DNA of 57,777 nt from a virus (Duplodnaviria > Caudoviricetes). This document shows positions 1 through 10,034 of this stretch, piece after piece. The notes below the pieces were generated by a model that worked only from the letters and a program-made list of their open reading frames with translations, was not told where the DNA came from and ran no database searches. Made by a program: the position numbers and the translations under genes. The stretch lies in the IMG/VR virus record IMGVR_UViG_3300042901_001417, positions 1 through 57,777 of that record. One strand, given 5' to 3'. The stretch's first letter is position 1, and every line of letters starts with the position of its first letter.

Positions 1-1
1 C

Positions 2-3000
2 GGGTACACCACCCTGTCCGGACTGGAGAAGGTCGGCAACCTGCTGGACCTGCCGGGCTCCATGGTCCGGGACGTGCTGGTGTGGGATAATCCGTTCGAC
101 CAGTTGCTGTCACCATTGTCTCACAGTTCCACGGGCAAGAGTGCGAGCGGGCGGGATGTGCTGTCCCGGAACGTGCTGACATCCGGTCTGGTGTCCGAGA
201 ACAAGGAAACCGGGTTCGTTCCGTTTGCGGATCCGGGCGAGTTTCTGCAGGACGTGGCGGGATTTGGGGTTGAATTGGCCACTGATCCGCTGGCATGGCT
301 GTCTGGTGCGCTCAGCAAGGCCCCTGCCGCTGCCGCCAAGACCGTCAAGGCCGCAGGGGTGGTGGATGATGCGGCTGACGCTGGAAAGGCTCTGATACCG
401 TCTGTGGGCGATGTGCAGAGGTTTGCCGGCGACCCACTGAAAGAGGCTGCTGGTGCCGCTGTGGATATCCCGAAGAAGCCGGGTATCTGGCGGTCCATCG
501 GTCGCGGTGTGGAGAAGGTGGCTGATTTCACGGATCGGTATGACCCGGGATTCCAGTTGGGCAAGAAGGGCAGGGAGGTTTATGACAATAGCCCTGAACT
601 GCAGTCTGCACTGGGCAAGGTCACGCCTTACCTGAAGGAACTTGCCAGCAGTCATCTGAGTGAGCCCATGAAGAAAGTGGCGGCACTGCGCGCCATGCGA
701 GACGCGACAGGCAAGATGGGTGCGAACGAGGCTCGGGTGTCCAAGATGGCGACCGATACCTTTGGCCCGGATGCGGATGCTGTTATGACGCTGATGAAGT
801 CTCACGCCAACATGTGGGCTGAGCACACCAAACAGGATGCGGATGAGTGGTTTGCCCGGGTGCAGGATATTCGGAAGAGTGATCCGGCTGCTGTGGGTGC
901 GGATGCACTGATGCAGTCACCAGAAACGCTGCGATCTCCAGAGTTCAAGAACTGGTTTGGTGACTGGGAAGCCGATCCAGTGAACGCCAGTAAGGTGGTG
1001 GATCATACTGGTAGTCCGTTGCGGGTGTATCACGGTACAGGAACTCCGGATCTCGGTGTGGCTGATGCGGTTAAGCACAATGAGTCTTTGCGTAAAGCAG
1101 CGGGTGAGTGGGACAAGTACACTGCTGCTGAAAAGGAAGCGGGGCCACTACGTAAGTCGGCGCAACAGGCTGCAGATGCCGTCAAATCGGCGTTTGCGGA
1201 TGCAGTTGGCGATGTGGCATCGAAGAAGCAGAAGCACATACCGTTCGACCACAAGGTGTACGACTTTTCATCAAAAGAAGCATTAGCCAAAAGCATCTAC
1301 AAAGAAGCCACATATACTGAACAGGAGGCGATGTGGACGCGAGGCACATTCCGAGAACTCAATGGAGTGGTGTCAACAACGATCGATGATCCTACATTTG
1401 CTCGGCTGGCAGAGGCGCATCGCTCGTGGGTGAATGCGGAGGAGGCTACAAAGAGTATCAATCCCCGCCCATCCTCTGAGCGACCTGCACAATGGATGTT
1501 TCGCAATGAGTCTCCCGCATTTAATACCCGCATGTATGGAGCCAATGACCCGGGCTATTACGCTGCCGGAGCGCACTTCACGGACAATGCTGATGAGGCG
1601 GGAGAATATGCCAGTCATCAAATGCGGGGCAACCCTGGAGTCATTCCGGCATATGTGAATATCCGGAAACCTTTCGTGCTCGGAGAAACTGTCGATGCGG
1701 CAGCGGAGCAGTTCATAACAGAGGCTGTCGACCAGCATCGACAGGTAGCCATGCGAAATAGTCGCGGCGACTTGGATGCCCTGGCGCGCGCGTTCGCTAC
1801 GGGTCGAACAGAAGGGCTGAAGCGGGCTGGTTACGACGGAATGGTTGTGAAGACTGGCAAGGGGACCGAATACATCGTGTTCGATCCCACCCAGATCAAG
1901 TCCACGATGAACCGTGGCACGTTTGACCCGAATGACCCCAACATCCTGTTTCAGTCTGCCCCATACAAGGCAGAGCCCTTCTACTCCAAAATCATGGACG
2001 CTGTGGATGCCGGCAAGATCCCGAATAAGGTGGGTCGTGATCAGTTGATGAAGACACTGGTTGGGTACGGCGTGAAGCAGGAAGAACTGGCCGACATGCA
2101 GAGGGAACTGGATGCCCTGTTTGCTGCTGCGCCCGATGGGAAGGTGTCCAAGGATGATGTGTTCGATCTGGCTGCTGATAAGGCGTGGAATGGGGTTCAG
2201 GTTACTGAGTTAAGTGATGCAAAAGACCGCGAGGCTTTGAGTCGTGTAGACAATATGAGGTTCACCCCTCCGGAGGGAATACCAGACAGCGAGTCGTATC
2301 AAGCTCTCTCACGGGCGACAGAAAGAGCTCGCGTATTAGACTCGCTGACTCCTGTGCGGTTTCGTGGTTATCAAGTGCCGGGTGGCGTACCGGACACATA
2401 TAGAGAACTACTGATTCGCCATCCATCGGCGAAAGGGTTCATAGAGGGCAATCACTTCTCGGGGCTGGCGGATGACGTGATTGCTCACGTGCGCATGGAC
2501 GACGTAAACCTGCCAGATGGAAGCAAGGCGCTGCGCATTCAGGAGATCCAGTCTGATTTACATCAGAACGCTCGCAATCTGCAGCAAGACACTATGTCGC
2601 GGGATGCTCGTATTCCAAGAAAATTAGCGGACGGCAAAACGAATCCAGCATTTACACAGTGGGTCAAGAATAATGAACACCGCTATCCGATCGAAAGTTT
2701 TTATGACGGCGTGAATGACTGGAGCCCTATACCAGAGTTTGCGCAGTGGGATATTGACGGAACTACAAAAACGGTTCTTACATCACCGTCCACTGGTCTG
2801 GACATTGCGAGGCGAGTTGTTGATGGTAAAGAGCAGTACGGGTTGTTTGATGGAGCGGAAATAATAGATGATGCGTGGTATGACTCGGTGTCGCAGGCAA
2901 AGCATGATGCAAAATTTTCCGCTCCATCAACACAAGAACTGCCACCCTATGCTGCATTCAAAGCCTCATGGCATGAGCTCGCCCTGAAGTCTGTCATCCG

Positions 3001-6000
3001 AAAGGCTGCAGAAGAAGGGTACGACAAGATTGCCCTCGTGCGCGGTGCGGATATTGCGAACGCTGTCGGCGGTCCACCGGATGCACTCGGCAAGTTCTAT
3101 GACGAGAAACTGACCAACACGCTGAAAAAGATGGTGGTGAAGCGTGGGGGGAAGGTGGATGATGTAATGCGCAATGAGCCATTACAGTGGATGCCCGCAT
3201 CAGGTGGCACGCCAAACAAATACTTGGCAGACCTGGCAGCAGGAGCGACCGTGGAAGCTATTGTGGAGGCAGATGGGGCAGTCTCTGCTACAGTGTATAA
3301 GGGAGGGAGGTATCATTCGCAGCACTATGCTGCCAGTCTCGCTGATCTCGACGATAAATTACTGGACGCGAACCGACTTACCACATTCGAAATACCACAG
3401 TCTCTCCGAGACGAAGTGCTGCAGAAAGGTCAGCCGCTCTACCAGCAGGGTGCCCGTGGTGCGGTGCAGTTTGCGGAGGACGGCAAGGTAGTCATTCACG
3501 CCTTCCAATCTGCTGACATGTCTACACTGGTGCATGAGGCTTCCCATGTTTTCCGAAAATCGCTCGAGGAACTGAACGGCGACCTGCTGAACCGGGCGGC
3601 GGAAGCCGTTGGTGTGCCCAAAGGGTCTAAATGGACACGTGAGCATGAGGAAGTGTTTGCCCGTGGGTTCGAGGACTACATGCGCACCGGCACTGCCCCC
3701 ACACGTGAACTCAGGTCTGTGTTCTACAAGTTCAAGCAGTGGCTGACGGACATCTACAAGTCATTGGTCGGCTCGGACCCGGGCAAGGTGTCGCCACAAT
3801 TGCGGTCAGTGTTTGATGAGATGCTGGGAAGCAAGATGGCTCCCGGACCATCAGTCACTGGCTCCCATAATATTGACAGCTTCGTGATGAACCTGATGGG
3901 GCTAAGTGACGTGGTTGGTAAGCAGGCACTGGACCTTGCAGACGCCACCCGTCGCACGTTCAAGCAGCAGATGACCCCGGGACCACGTGGCACACAGGGC
4001 GAGGTGATGCAGCGTGCGTCTGAGCTCCACACTCTGAAGGAGGAGGAGTTTGTCAAAGAGGCCAGTCAGTCTGTGTCTGCCGTCAGTAATGCCATCAACG
4101 AGATCGTGGGTTATCGCCCGGGATCTGTGGATGAAGCGGCTGAGGTGGCTCCGCATGCACTGCTGGCGGATGATGTGGTCACTGCTGCAGAGACAGGGGA
4201 TTATTCTGCCCTGCCGGAACAACTGATTGAGCCAGCCAAACAGATGGCGGCCACAGGCATGGCGAACCAGAGAAAGATTCAGGAAGCCGGGCACACTCGC
4301 CCGATGCTGAGCGATCAGTTTGTGGAGCACTTCCCGCACTCCCTGAATCCGACACTGCAGGCGTGGATGGACACTCAGGATTTCGGTGTGCATGGGATCG
4401 GTTCACCCAAGGCGGACGCTGCCAGCAATGCCCGTGCGAATCAGTCCGCGCGTGATGACCTGTTTAGAGATGCCGTTCAGGGTCGCAGAACGTGGAATGG
4501 TGTCACGTCTGACCCTGAGATCCTTGAAATGCTGAAGGATTACACGGTCGTGACAGATGCTGCCGCGAAACAGGGCATGATCGATGCAGCCACCGCAAAG
4601 ATTGCAGAGAAGTACGGTTCTGAGATCGATCCCCGCATGATTGTCCCAACAGAGGGGATGTACGCGGATAAGATCACCGTGCTGGATTCACTCAAAAATG
4701 AGATCGAATTGCCATGGGAAGTGTTTCAGAAGGAGTATGTCCGGGTAAATCCGGTAAATGACATGAGGACTGTGCAGGGTCGGCTGGCTGAGTTCCAGAG
4801 TCCACCGCTGTTCGTGAAAGCGGCGGACGCGCTGCTGAATGGTCCTTTAGCACAGCGATTCATGCCGTCCAGAAAGAATATGGAGAACCGGCACGCCGAG
4901 TTGGCGAAATGGATGTCCGACAAGTACCAGCCACTGCAGGGGAACAAAGGGATGTTCTCCTCGGAGCCTATCACGTCGTTTCAGGAGCGGATCTTCCGGG
5001 ATGGTCACACGTACGGCGCTCTGAAGGCAGTTCCTGAGATCCTGACAGGCGCTCTGAAAAGCCGGCTGATCCTGCCACCTGGTGGCAAGTTCGACAGCAC
5101 AGGGTACACGCTCGAGAGTATTCTGACATCCAGTCTGTACAGCCGGTCTAAGCGTGGCATGTGGTATGACCAGATGGCGGACACAATGCCCGACCTGAAG
5201 GCTGTCCGGGATTCATTCATGCAGAAAGAGAATCCGGATGGGTTCTATGCCTTCATGGACAATATGAGGATGGATCGCGATCTGGCACAGGAGATCCTGC
5301 AGACGGCGGACATGCTGCAGAAGGGCAGCCAGACGCTCGCCCCCATGTCCAAGGCATTCCGTGGGGCCACTGCGCTGTTCAAGTCCGGTGTTCTGACGCA
5401 CCCCGGTCGAATCATCCGGGACGTTGCCAGTGCTGTCGTGGCGCTCGGGTACAATAGCATGCTGAGCACCACCAGTCTGGAGCATGGGATCAAAGCCCTC
5501 ATGCACAACGGATCGGAAGCAGTGCAGCAGATCCCGGCAGTGAAGGCATGGATGTCCAAGTACGGCATTCCAGACACACCGGAAGGGGCTACGCGCGCAC
5601 TGCATGAGATATACGCCTCACTCAAGGGGCACGGTCAGTCGCTGTATCGCGATCCGAATCTGGACACGATGAGTCTGGCGGAACAGCTGAAGAGTGGCAT
5701 GGAGGGGATAGAGCAGGCTTTCCCCGGAACTGGCATAACCAGCTTCGGAAGTCCACTGCAGTCTACCAAACGGATCCTCTCGGCTGGCGGACCACAGCGC
5801 ATGTGGCGGCAGTTGAAGACGGAGCGTGAGGCGGGATTCTTCGGCGATGCTGGGGCGCAGTTGTCTCGCGCATGGCAGTCCGGCACATGGAACCCATTTG
5901 ACATCGCAGGGGTTCCCCATGTCGTCATGACCGACGCCAAGGTGAAGCAGGGCATCCGGCGTGGGGATGTGCGTGCCTCCAGCGAGTTCAAGCCGGCCAA

Positions 6001-7162
6001 AGTGTTCGACATCATCGGCAAGAATGCGGACGATGCCCCGCGCTTCGTGGGCCTGCTGGAAGGGTTGCTCCAAGGGAAATCCCCCGAAGAGGCATGGAAG
6101 GGCGTGAGTCGTGTTCTCCTCGACTATGACCCCAAGAAGTTCGGGCCGCTGGAAAACAAGGCACTGAAGAAAATCTTCCCCTTCTACTCGTTCCTGCGTC
6201 AGCAGTCGGTGTACCTCGGTTCGGAACTGATGACCAATCCGACCGGCAGGCTGGGGAAACTGATCCGGGTGGCTCGCCTGTCCCAACCAAACAATCAGTT
6301 TCTGCCTGAGCATGTGGCGGAATCACTGGCTATCCCTGTCGGTGGCGAGTCCGAGGATGGCACCCAGAACTACCTCACGGGTCTCGGGTTGATGTTCGAA
6401 GACCCACCGAAACTGCTCTCGGAGGGACCGTTCGAGTTCGCGCGTGCTGTACTGAGTCGAACGAACCCGTTGATTAAAGGCGTAGCAGAGGCGGGGCTGG
6501 GGCGCAGTGCATTCCAGGGCGGACCATTGGGCGCGCGGGATCTGGCGGATATGGACCCGGCACTCGGGCGAATCTTCACCAATCTGGGGCTGCAGGATGA
6601 GGCTCCGGGCGGGAATGCACGTCCGGCGTTCGGCTCTCGACCGCTGGAATTCTTCCTGTCGAATAGCCCAGTGTCGCGCATTCTCTCGACGGTCAAGACG
6701 ATCACGGAGGAAGGCGACCGGAAGAACCCGCTGGAGAAAGCCATGAACGTGCTCACAGGTCTGCGGATCACGTCGGTGTCCCCACAGGTCCGGCAGCGTG
6801 GGTTGCGCGAGTATGTGAATGCCCAGGCGAAAGAATTGGGGGCACGTCCGTTCTCGGACTTCACGATCTCAGATGCCCTGCTGGACGATGCCCGGGCACG
6901 GAGTGAGGAAGATTACCAGCGACTGATCGCGATTGACCAGCTGAAGGACACGTGGGACCAGAAGCGGAAGGGTGAGCAGAAGGCCAAACGTGAGGCGGAA
7001 GGGACCGTCGATAAGCGGACGGTGCGGGCGGAGCAGACAAGAATACTGCGGCGTACGGGACGCACAATGACCAAACAGGAGCGTGATGAGCGGGTCCGTG
7101 ATGCTATGCGCGCCCCGTACGGCAGTAGTTCGTATTACCAGATTCTGACTGGTATGGAGTGA
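2..7162 (+). CDS. Giant polyvalent / virion-ejected protein (ART-like, IQEIQSD domain, zincin metallopeptidase, LPD38-like C-terminus); 5'-truncated
   Basis: Frame is open from nt 2 (ORF track 62..7162, 2366 aa). Motifs: FKNWFGDW..VYHGT..HFTD..GYDG..YIVFDPTQIKS (ART-PolyVal-like); HVRMDD..IQEIQSDLHQ; STLVHEASH..EEVFARGFEDY (MPTase-like); FPFYSF near the C-terminus. Confidence 0.8.
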   Translation, partial: GYTTLSGLEKVGNLLDLPGSMVRDVLVWDNPFDQLLSPLSHSSTGKSASGRDVLSRNVLTSGLVSENKETGFVPFADPGEFLQDVAGFGVELATDPLAWLSGALSKAPAAAAKTVKAAGVVDDAADAGKALIPSVGDVQRFAGDPLKEAAGAAVDIPKKPGIWRSIGRGVEKVADFTDRYDPGFQLGKKGREVYDNSPELQSALGKVTPYLKELASSHLSEPMKKVAALRAMRDATGKMGANEARVSKMATDTFGPDADAVMTLMKSHANMWAEHTKQDADEWFARVQDIRKSDPAAVGADALMQSPETLRSPEFKNWFGDWEADPVNASKVVDHTGSPLRVYHGTGTPDLGVADAVKHNESLRKAAGEWDKYTAAEKEAGPLRKSAQQAADAVKSAFADAVGDVASKKQKHIPFDHKVYDFSSKEALAKSIYKEATYTEQEAMWTRGTFRELNGVVSTTIDDPTFARLAEAHRSWVNAEEATKSINPRPSSERPAQWMFRNESPAFNTRMYGANDPGYYAAGAHFTDNADEAGEYASHQMRGNPGVIPAYVNIRKPFVLGETVDAAAEQFITEAVDQHRQVAMRNSRGDLDALARAFATGRTEGLKRAGYDGMVVKTGKGTEYIVFDPTQIKSTMNRGTFDPNDPNILFQSAPYKAEPFYSKIMDAVDAGKIPNKVGRDQLMKTLVGYGVKQEELADMQRELDALFAAAPDGKVSKDDVFDLAADKAWNGVQVTELSDAKDREALSRVDNMRFTPPEGIPDSESYQALSRATERARVLDSLTPVRFRGYQVPGGVPDTYRELLIRHPSAKGFIEGNHFSGLADDVIAHVRMDDVNLPDGSKALRIQEIQSDLHQNARNLQQDTMSRDARIPRKLADGKTNPAFTQWVKNNEHRYPIESFYDGVNDWSPIPEFAQWDIDGTTKTVLTSPSTGLDIARRVVDGKEQYGLFDGAEIIDDAWYDSVSQAKHDAKFSAPSTQELPPYAAFKASWHELALKSVIRKAAEEGYDKIALVRGADIANAVGGPPDALGKFYDEKLTNTLKKMVVKRGGKVDDVMRNEPLQWMPASGGTPNKYLADLAAGATVEAIVEADGAVSATVYKGGRYHSQHYAASLADLDDKLLDANRLTTFEIPQSLRDEVLQKGQPLYQQGARGAVQFAEDGKVVIHAFQSADMSTLVHEASHVFRKSLEELNGDLLNRAAEAVGVPKGSKWTREHEEVFARGFEDYMRTGTAPTRELRSVFYKFKQWLTDIYKSLVGSDPGKVSPQLRSVFDEMLGSKMAPGPSVTGSHNIDSFVMNLMGLSDVVGKQALDLADATRRTFKQQMTPGPRGTQGEVMQRASELHTLKEEEFVKEASQSVSAVSNAINEIVGYRPGSVDEAAEVAPHALLADDVVTAAETGDYSALPEQLIEPAKQMAATGMANQRKIQEAGHTRPMLSDQFVEHFPHSLNPTLQAWMDTQDFGVHGIGSPKADAASNARANQSARDDLFRDAVQGRRTWNGVTSDPEILEMLKDYTVVTDAAAKQGMIDAATAKIAEKYGSEIDPRMIVPTEGMYADKITVLDSLKNEIELPWEVFQKEYVRVNPVNDMRTVQGRLAEFQSPPLFVKAADALLNGPLAQRFMPSRKNMENRHAELAKWMSDKYQPLQGNKGMFSSEPITSFQERIFRDGHTYGALKAVPEILTGALKSRLILPPGGKFDSTGYTLESILTSSLYSRSKRGMWYDQMADTMPDLKAVRDSFMQKENPDGFYAFMDNMRMDRDLAQEILQTADMLQKGSQTLAPMSKAFRGATALFKSGVLTHPGRIIRDVASAVVALGYNSMLSTTSLEHGIKALMHNGSEAVQQIPAVKAWMSKYGIPDTPEGATRALHEIYASLKGHGQSLYRDPNLDTMSLAEQLKSGMEGIEQAFPGTGITSFGSPLQSTKRILSAGGPQRMWRQLKTEREAGFFGDAGAQLSRAWQSGTWNPFDIAGVPHVVMTDAKVKQGIRRGDVRASSEFKPAKVFDIIGKNADDAPRFVGLLEGLLQGKSPEEAWKGVSRVLLDYDPKKFGPLENKALKKIFPFYSFLRQQSVYLGSELMTNPTGRLGKLIRVARLSQPNNQFLPEHVAESLAIPVGGESEDGTQNYLTGLGLMFEDPPKLLSEGPFEFARAVLSRTNPLIKGVAEAGLGRSAFQGGPLGARDLADMDPALGRIFTNLGLQDEAPGGNARPAFGSRPLEFFLSNSPVSRILSTVKTITEEGDRKNPLEKAMNVLTGLRITSVSPQVRQRGLREYVNAQAKELGARPFSDFTISDALLDDARARSEEDYQRLIAIDQLKDTWDQKRKGEQKAKREAEGTVDKRTVRAEQTRILRRTGRTMTKQERDERVRDAMRAPYGSSSYYQILTGME

Positions 7163-7169
7163 GGCAGGA

Positions 7170-7616
7170 TTACTTCCCCTGTCCTTGCTGAATGACCCTC
7201 ATGCGTGCCCAGATCAGCGACTGATCTACCGAGTTCGCATTCGTTGTTGCCAGTTGCTTCATGGCTTTGGCCCCATCATCGGGGTCACATGCCTTTGTTC
7301 GGCTGCACTCGTACGGTGCCACCGGATGGATCGTACACTTACCCTCGGATGACAGGAAAATACACTCGCCGTTCGGCTTACGCTTCGGACGGATGGCAGG
7401 CAACTGCAGGGACGTGTCCCCGTTGATGCTGGGACCGTCCAGTGTCGCCTCGAAATTGTTCTCGAAGAAATCCTCATTGGCCCACGGCAGGCCCAGATGC
7501 TCGGCGATCCGGTCCACATCGCTAGGGGCAACGCACCCCGGTCGTGTCCGGCAGAAGTCTTTGCACTTGTCGCACGCACAGACGCTGCGTTCGTGCTTTG
7601 CCAATACTCTCAGCAT
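7170..7616 (-). CDS. YkgJ-like cysteine-cluster (Zn/Fe-chelating) protein
   Basis: CxCxxCxxxC..CIFL..CTIHPVAPYEC pattern; start placed at ATG 7616 after GGAGG. Confidence 0.7.
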   Translation of the reverse strand: MLRVLAKHERSVCACDKCKDFCRTRPGCVAPSDVDRIAEHLGLPWANEDFFENNFEATLDGPSINGDTSLQLPAIRPKRKPNGECIFLSSEGKCTIHPVAPYECSRTKACDPDDGAKAMKQLATTNANSVDQSLIWARMRVIQQGQGK

Positions 7617-7647
7617 GGTTGCCCTCCAAAAAAATTGTGAACGGTGA

Positions 7648-7992
7648 TCAGATTTCAGCAGCAGAGATTCCAGCCTGAATCGATTCCCGGACAGAGGCAG
7701 GAAGTTTTTCGAACTGCTCGCCTTCGAAATGTTCATTCAGGATCAGCCACTGCACAGCTGCCGCTTCGTCGACCTGCACATACCCTTCCAGCGTGCCCTG
7801 GTAGTTTGAGAAGTCATTCAGCACCCACTTGCCGGACTTTGTGAAGTACAGCCACTCGTGATGCCACTGGCTCCCCGTGGGCACGCTGATCTGGTTGCGG
7901 CCATCCCAGCGGGTTCTTTCCTTGAACAACACGGCAGAGTCGGTGTGGAACCATGCACCAGAACCATCAGTCAGCGATACGCGATTTCCCAT
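7648..7992 (-). CDS. Hypothetical phage early protein
   Basis: ORF in the leftward operon; start MGNRV after AAAGG. Confidence 0.65.
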   Translation of the reverse strand: MGNRVSLTDGSGAWFHTDSAVLFKERTRWDGRNQISVPTGSQWHHEWLYFTKSGKWVLNDFSNYQGTLEGYVQVDEAAAVQWLILNEHFEGEQFEKLPASVRESIQAGISAAEI

Positions 7993-8014
7993 TGCCACAA
8001 CCTTTCGAAAAGGG

Positions 8015-8087
8015 CATCTCACTGTTTGCCGGTTGACCGTCAACCGTTACCACCGCTCGCCACGAGGAGGCCAGAGACATGAGCGGC
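8015..8087 (-). ncRNA. HDV-like self-cleaving ribozyme
   Basis: Minus strand: P1 GCCGCTC/GAGCGGT (G-U first pair), P3 GCC/GGC, L3 TCCTCGT, P1.1 CC/GG, P4 CGGTTGAC/GTCAACCG, J4/2 GCAAA, bulged P2 TGTCTCTG/CAGTGAGATG. Confidence 0.85.
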
Positions 8088-8129
8088 AACCCGGACTGTG
8101 CCGGGCATAAATGTGAACCATTCTACCCA

Positions 8130-8456
8130 CTATTCCCCCACGGGGAAACTGAATCCTGCCTCAATGGCTGAACAGCGAATCTGATGCACTCGCTGTCGAG
8201 ACAGGCGAAACCGTGTGGCCACGTCCGTCTGTTTTTCCCCATCCAGCAGTGCTTTCAGGATCTGCATGGTAGACGGGGCAGTGTAATCCCGGGCAGCACG
8301 TGCCGGTTTCACGCTGAACTCTTTGCACGCAGACCAAACTGTAGACAGGCTGACCTTGTGTGCCTGGCTGGCGGCTGCAGCACCATGCTCTGCGGCATAC
8401 TTCGCAATGTTCTTCCGCCGTTCAGAGCGGTCATCGTGTGACAGGTAAGAAGCCAT
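8130..8456 (-). CDS. Helix-turn-helix DNA-binding protein
   Basis: Two HTH-like segments (AASQAHKVSLSTVWSAC; QTDVATRFRLSRQRVHQI). Confidence 0.65.
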   Translation of the reverse strand: MASYLSHDDRSERRKNIAKYAAEHGAAAASQAHKVSLSTVWSACKEFSVKPARAARDYTAPSTMQILKALLDGEKQTDVATRFRLSRQRVHQIRCSAIEAGFSFPVGE

Positions 8457-8475
8457 AACTCAATCGTACTCCCTT

Positions 8476-9135
8476 CTATGCCACCACGCAGTCACGAATC
8501 ATTTCGCCTGCCTCAATGGCTGACAGCATTCCACGGAAATTGCACTGACAACGCTTCGCCAGTGCCACGTATTCGCCCAGCAGAGCGCCGCCCAGACCCT
8601 CTGCCTCTGCAATCTCCATTGCACGCTTTGCGAAAGCGTCCAGATACCGCACATGATCCAGCCGGAACTCAATGCACCGGCTCAACAGTGGATGTGCGTC
8701 GATACCATCGAACAGGGACTGCTGCCCTGCACTGGTCGTGGTGAAACACCATGTAACATGGTTCGGGATACGCTCCAGAACCACCAGCAGTTTGCGGATC
8801 GTGTCTTTACGAAGGCCGTGCGATTCATTCAAAAGCACTGCACGCCCAGGCTTGTCACCGATTGCCCTGAATCGCAGGTTGCGTTCGATGTCATCCAGTT
8901 TCGCGGGTGTGATGTCCCCAGCGTCCAGTTCGATAAAGTTTTCGGGATCTGAAACTTCGGCTGCGACGAGGTACGCAATCGTGGTTTTCCCAGTGCCCGA
9001 CAGTCCAGACAGCCAGAACGCACGCCCACCGAGTGACCCACGTTCCTTCATGCGGGCAATGGACACTTTGACCGCCTTGTGGCCGATCACTTCGTCCCAT
9101 GAACGCGGACGAACCTTTTCAAACAGCATCTGCAT
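8476..9135 (-). CDS. Clamp-loader (DnaX/RFC)-like AAA+ ATPase, short form
   Basis: LFEKVRPRSWDEVIGH, Walker A GLSGTGKTT, Walker B LLNESH, SRC motif; start at ATG 9135 after AAGGAG. Confidence 0.8.
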   Translation of the reverse strand: MQMLFEKVRPRSWDEVIGHKAVKVSIARMKERGSLGGRAFWLSGLSGTGKTTIAYLVAAEVSDPENFIELDAGDITPAKLDDIERNLRFRAIGDKPGRAVLLNESHGLRKDTIRKLLVVLERIPNHVTWCFTTTSAGQQSLFDGIDAHPLLSRCIEFRLDHVRYLDAFAKRAMEIAEAEGLGGALLGEYVALAKRCQCNFRGMLSAIEAGEMIRDCVVA

Positions 9136-9613
9136 TGTCAGTCTCCTTGGGGATAACACGAAACGATGGAAGGAACGGTGGCAGTTGGTCAGTCACCCAC
9201 TTCGTGATGTCTGCTCTCGGTGTGTACGGGTCTTGCAGCATTTCAAGCACTCGCAGCCCATTGATCAGTGGGCGGTGATCAGTGTCGGCGTAGCAATCGC
9301 CCATGATGTCATCATCGCGGTCATACAGTGGCCACAGAATGATTGTGTCGAATCCGCTCTTACCATCCACAATCTTGTGGTAAGGCAGCCGGTGCTCCTT
9401 CAGGAATACCTCCAGTGCCCCGAGGTCTGCGTAGTTGCACTCAGGGAACTGCACGCTGATCACGCCATCGGTGTCCGGTCCAGTCAGGTCTTCCTCGTCA
9501 GGATCGAACCCATCCTCTGGACCTTGCTCCTCGATCAGCCGTGCCAGTTCATCACGCACTTCCGGTGTGCAGTCGCCACCGATGCTCAGCGTGACCCAGA
9601 ATCGCTCACCCAT
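9119..9613 (-). CDS. Acidic hypothetical protein
   Basis: 164-aa ORF overlapping both neighbours in the operon. Confidence 0.65.
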   Translation of the reverse strand: MGERFWVTLSIGGDCTPEVRDELARLIEEQGPEDGFDPDEEDLTGPDTDGVISVQFPECNYADLGALEVFLKEHRLPYHKIVDGKSGFDTIILWPLYDRDDDIMGDCYADTDHRPLINGLRVLEMLQDPYTPRADITKWVTDQLPPFLPSFRVIPKETDNADAV

Positions 9614-9947
9614 TGGTTTCCCCCTTTGCTTTCTGAATCATCTGGACAGCCACGTTATTCAGTTCAGCCATTCGCACCCACACGCTTTGAGGAACCTTCA
9701 GTTGTGCCTGAGTCAAGCACAGCGCCTCGCCACACGATTCGGACAGATCCTGAAGGATGGACAGCAGATCCGGCGCTGCTGCGATCAGGTGTGCGTTGGC
9801 CACCAGTGTGTCCTCGTCCTGTTCACAGCGACCTTCCTCATCAGAGTCTGCAATCGTGGCGATGTAAATGTCGTTGAATGTGCCCGATGGATCAGGAGCC
9901 ACAATGAACGGCATGTCACTCGACCACGGACCCGGTGTATGTTTCAC
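9606..9947 (-). CDS. Conserved phage protein (HTPGPW...ANAxLIAAAPDLL family)
   Basis: KHTPGPW and ANAHLIAAAPDLL motifs; GTG start at 9947. Confidence 0.75.
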   Translation of the reverse strand: MKHTPGPWSSDMPFIVAPDPSGTFNDIYIATIADSDEEGRCEQDEDTLVANAHLIAAAPDLLSILQDLSESCGEALCLTQAQLKVPQSVWVRMAELNNVAVQMIQKAKGETNG

Positions 9948-9980
9948 ACTGCACCTGCCTTTCAAGAGAGATCGAAATTA

Positions 9981-10034
9981 AACCCAGACCCCGCAACGCA
10001 CGGGGTTTCGTCCTTCCGGACTCGTCAGTGGGTT
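9981..10034 (-). ncRNA. Hammerhead ribozyme, type I
   Basis: Minus strand: AACCCA-CTGACGA-GTCC(GGAA)GGAC-GAAA-CCCCG(TGCGTTG)CGGGG-TC-TGGGTT. Complete core and three stems. Confidence 0.93.

Noticed and set aside
8672-9877. 401-aa plus-strand ORF
   Set aside because: Antisense shadow of three motif-bearing minus-strand genes.
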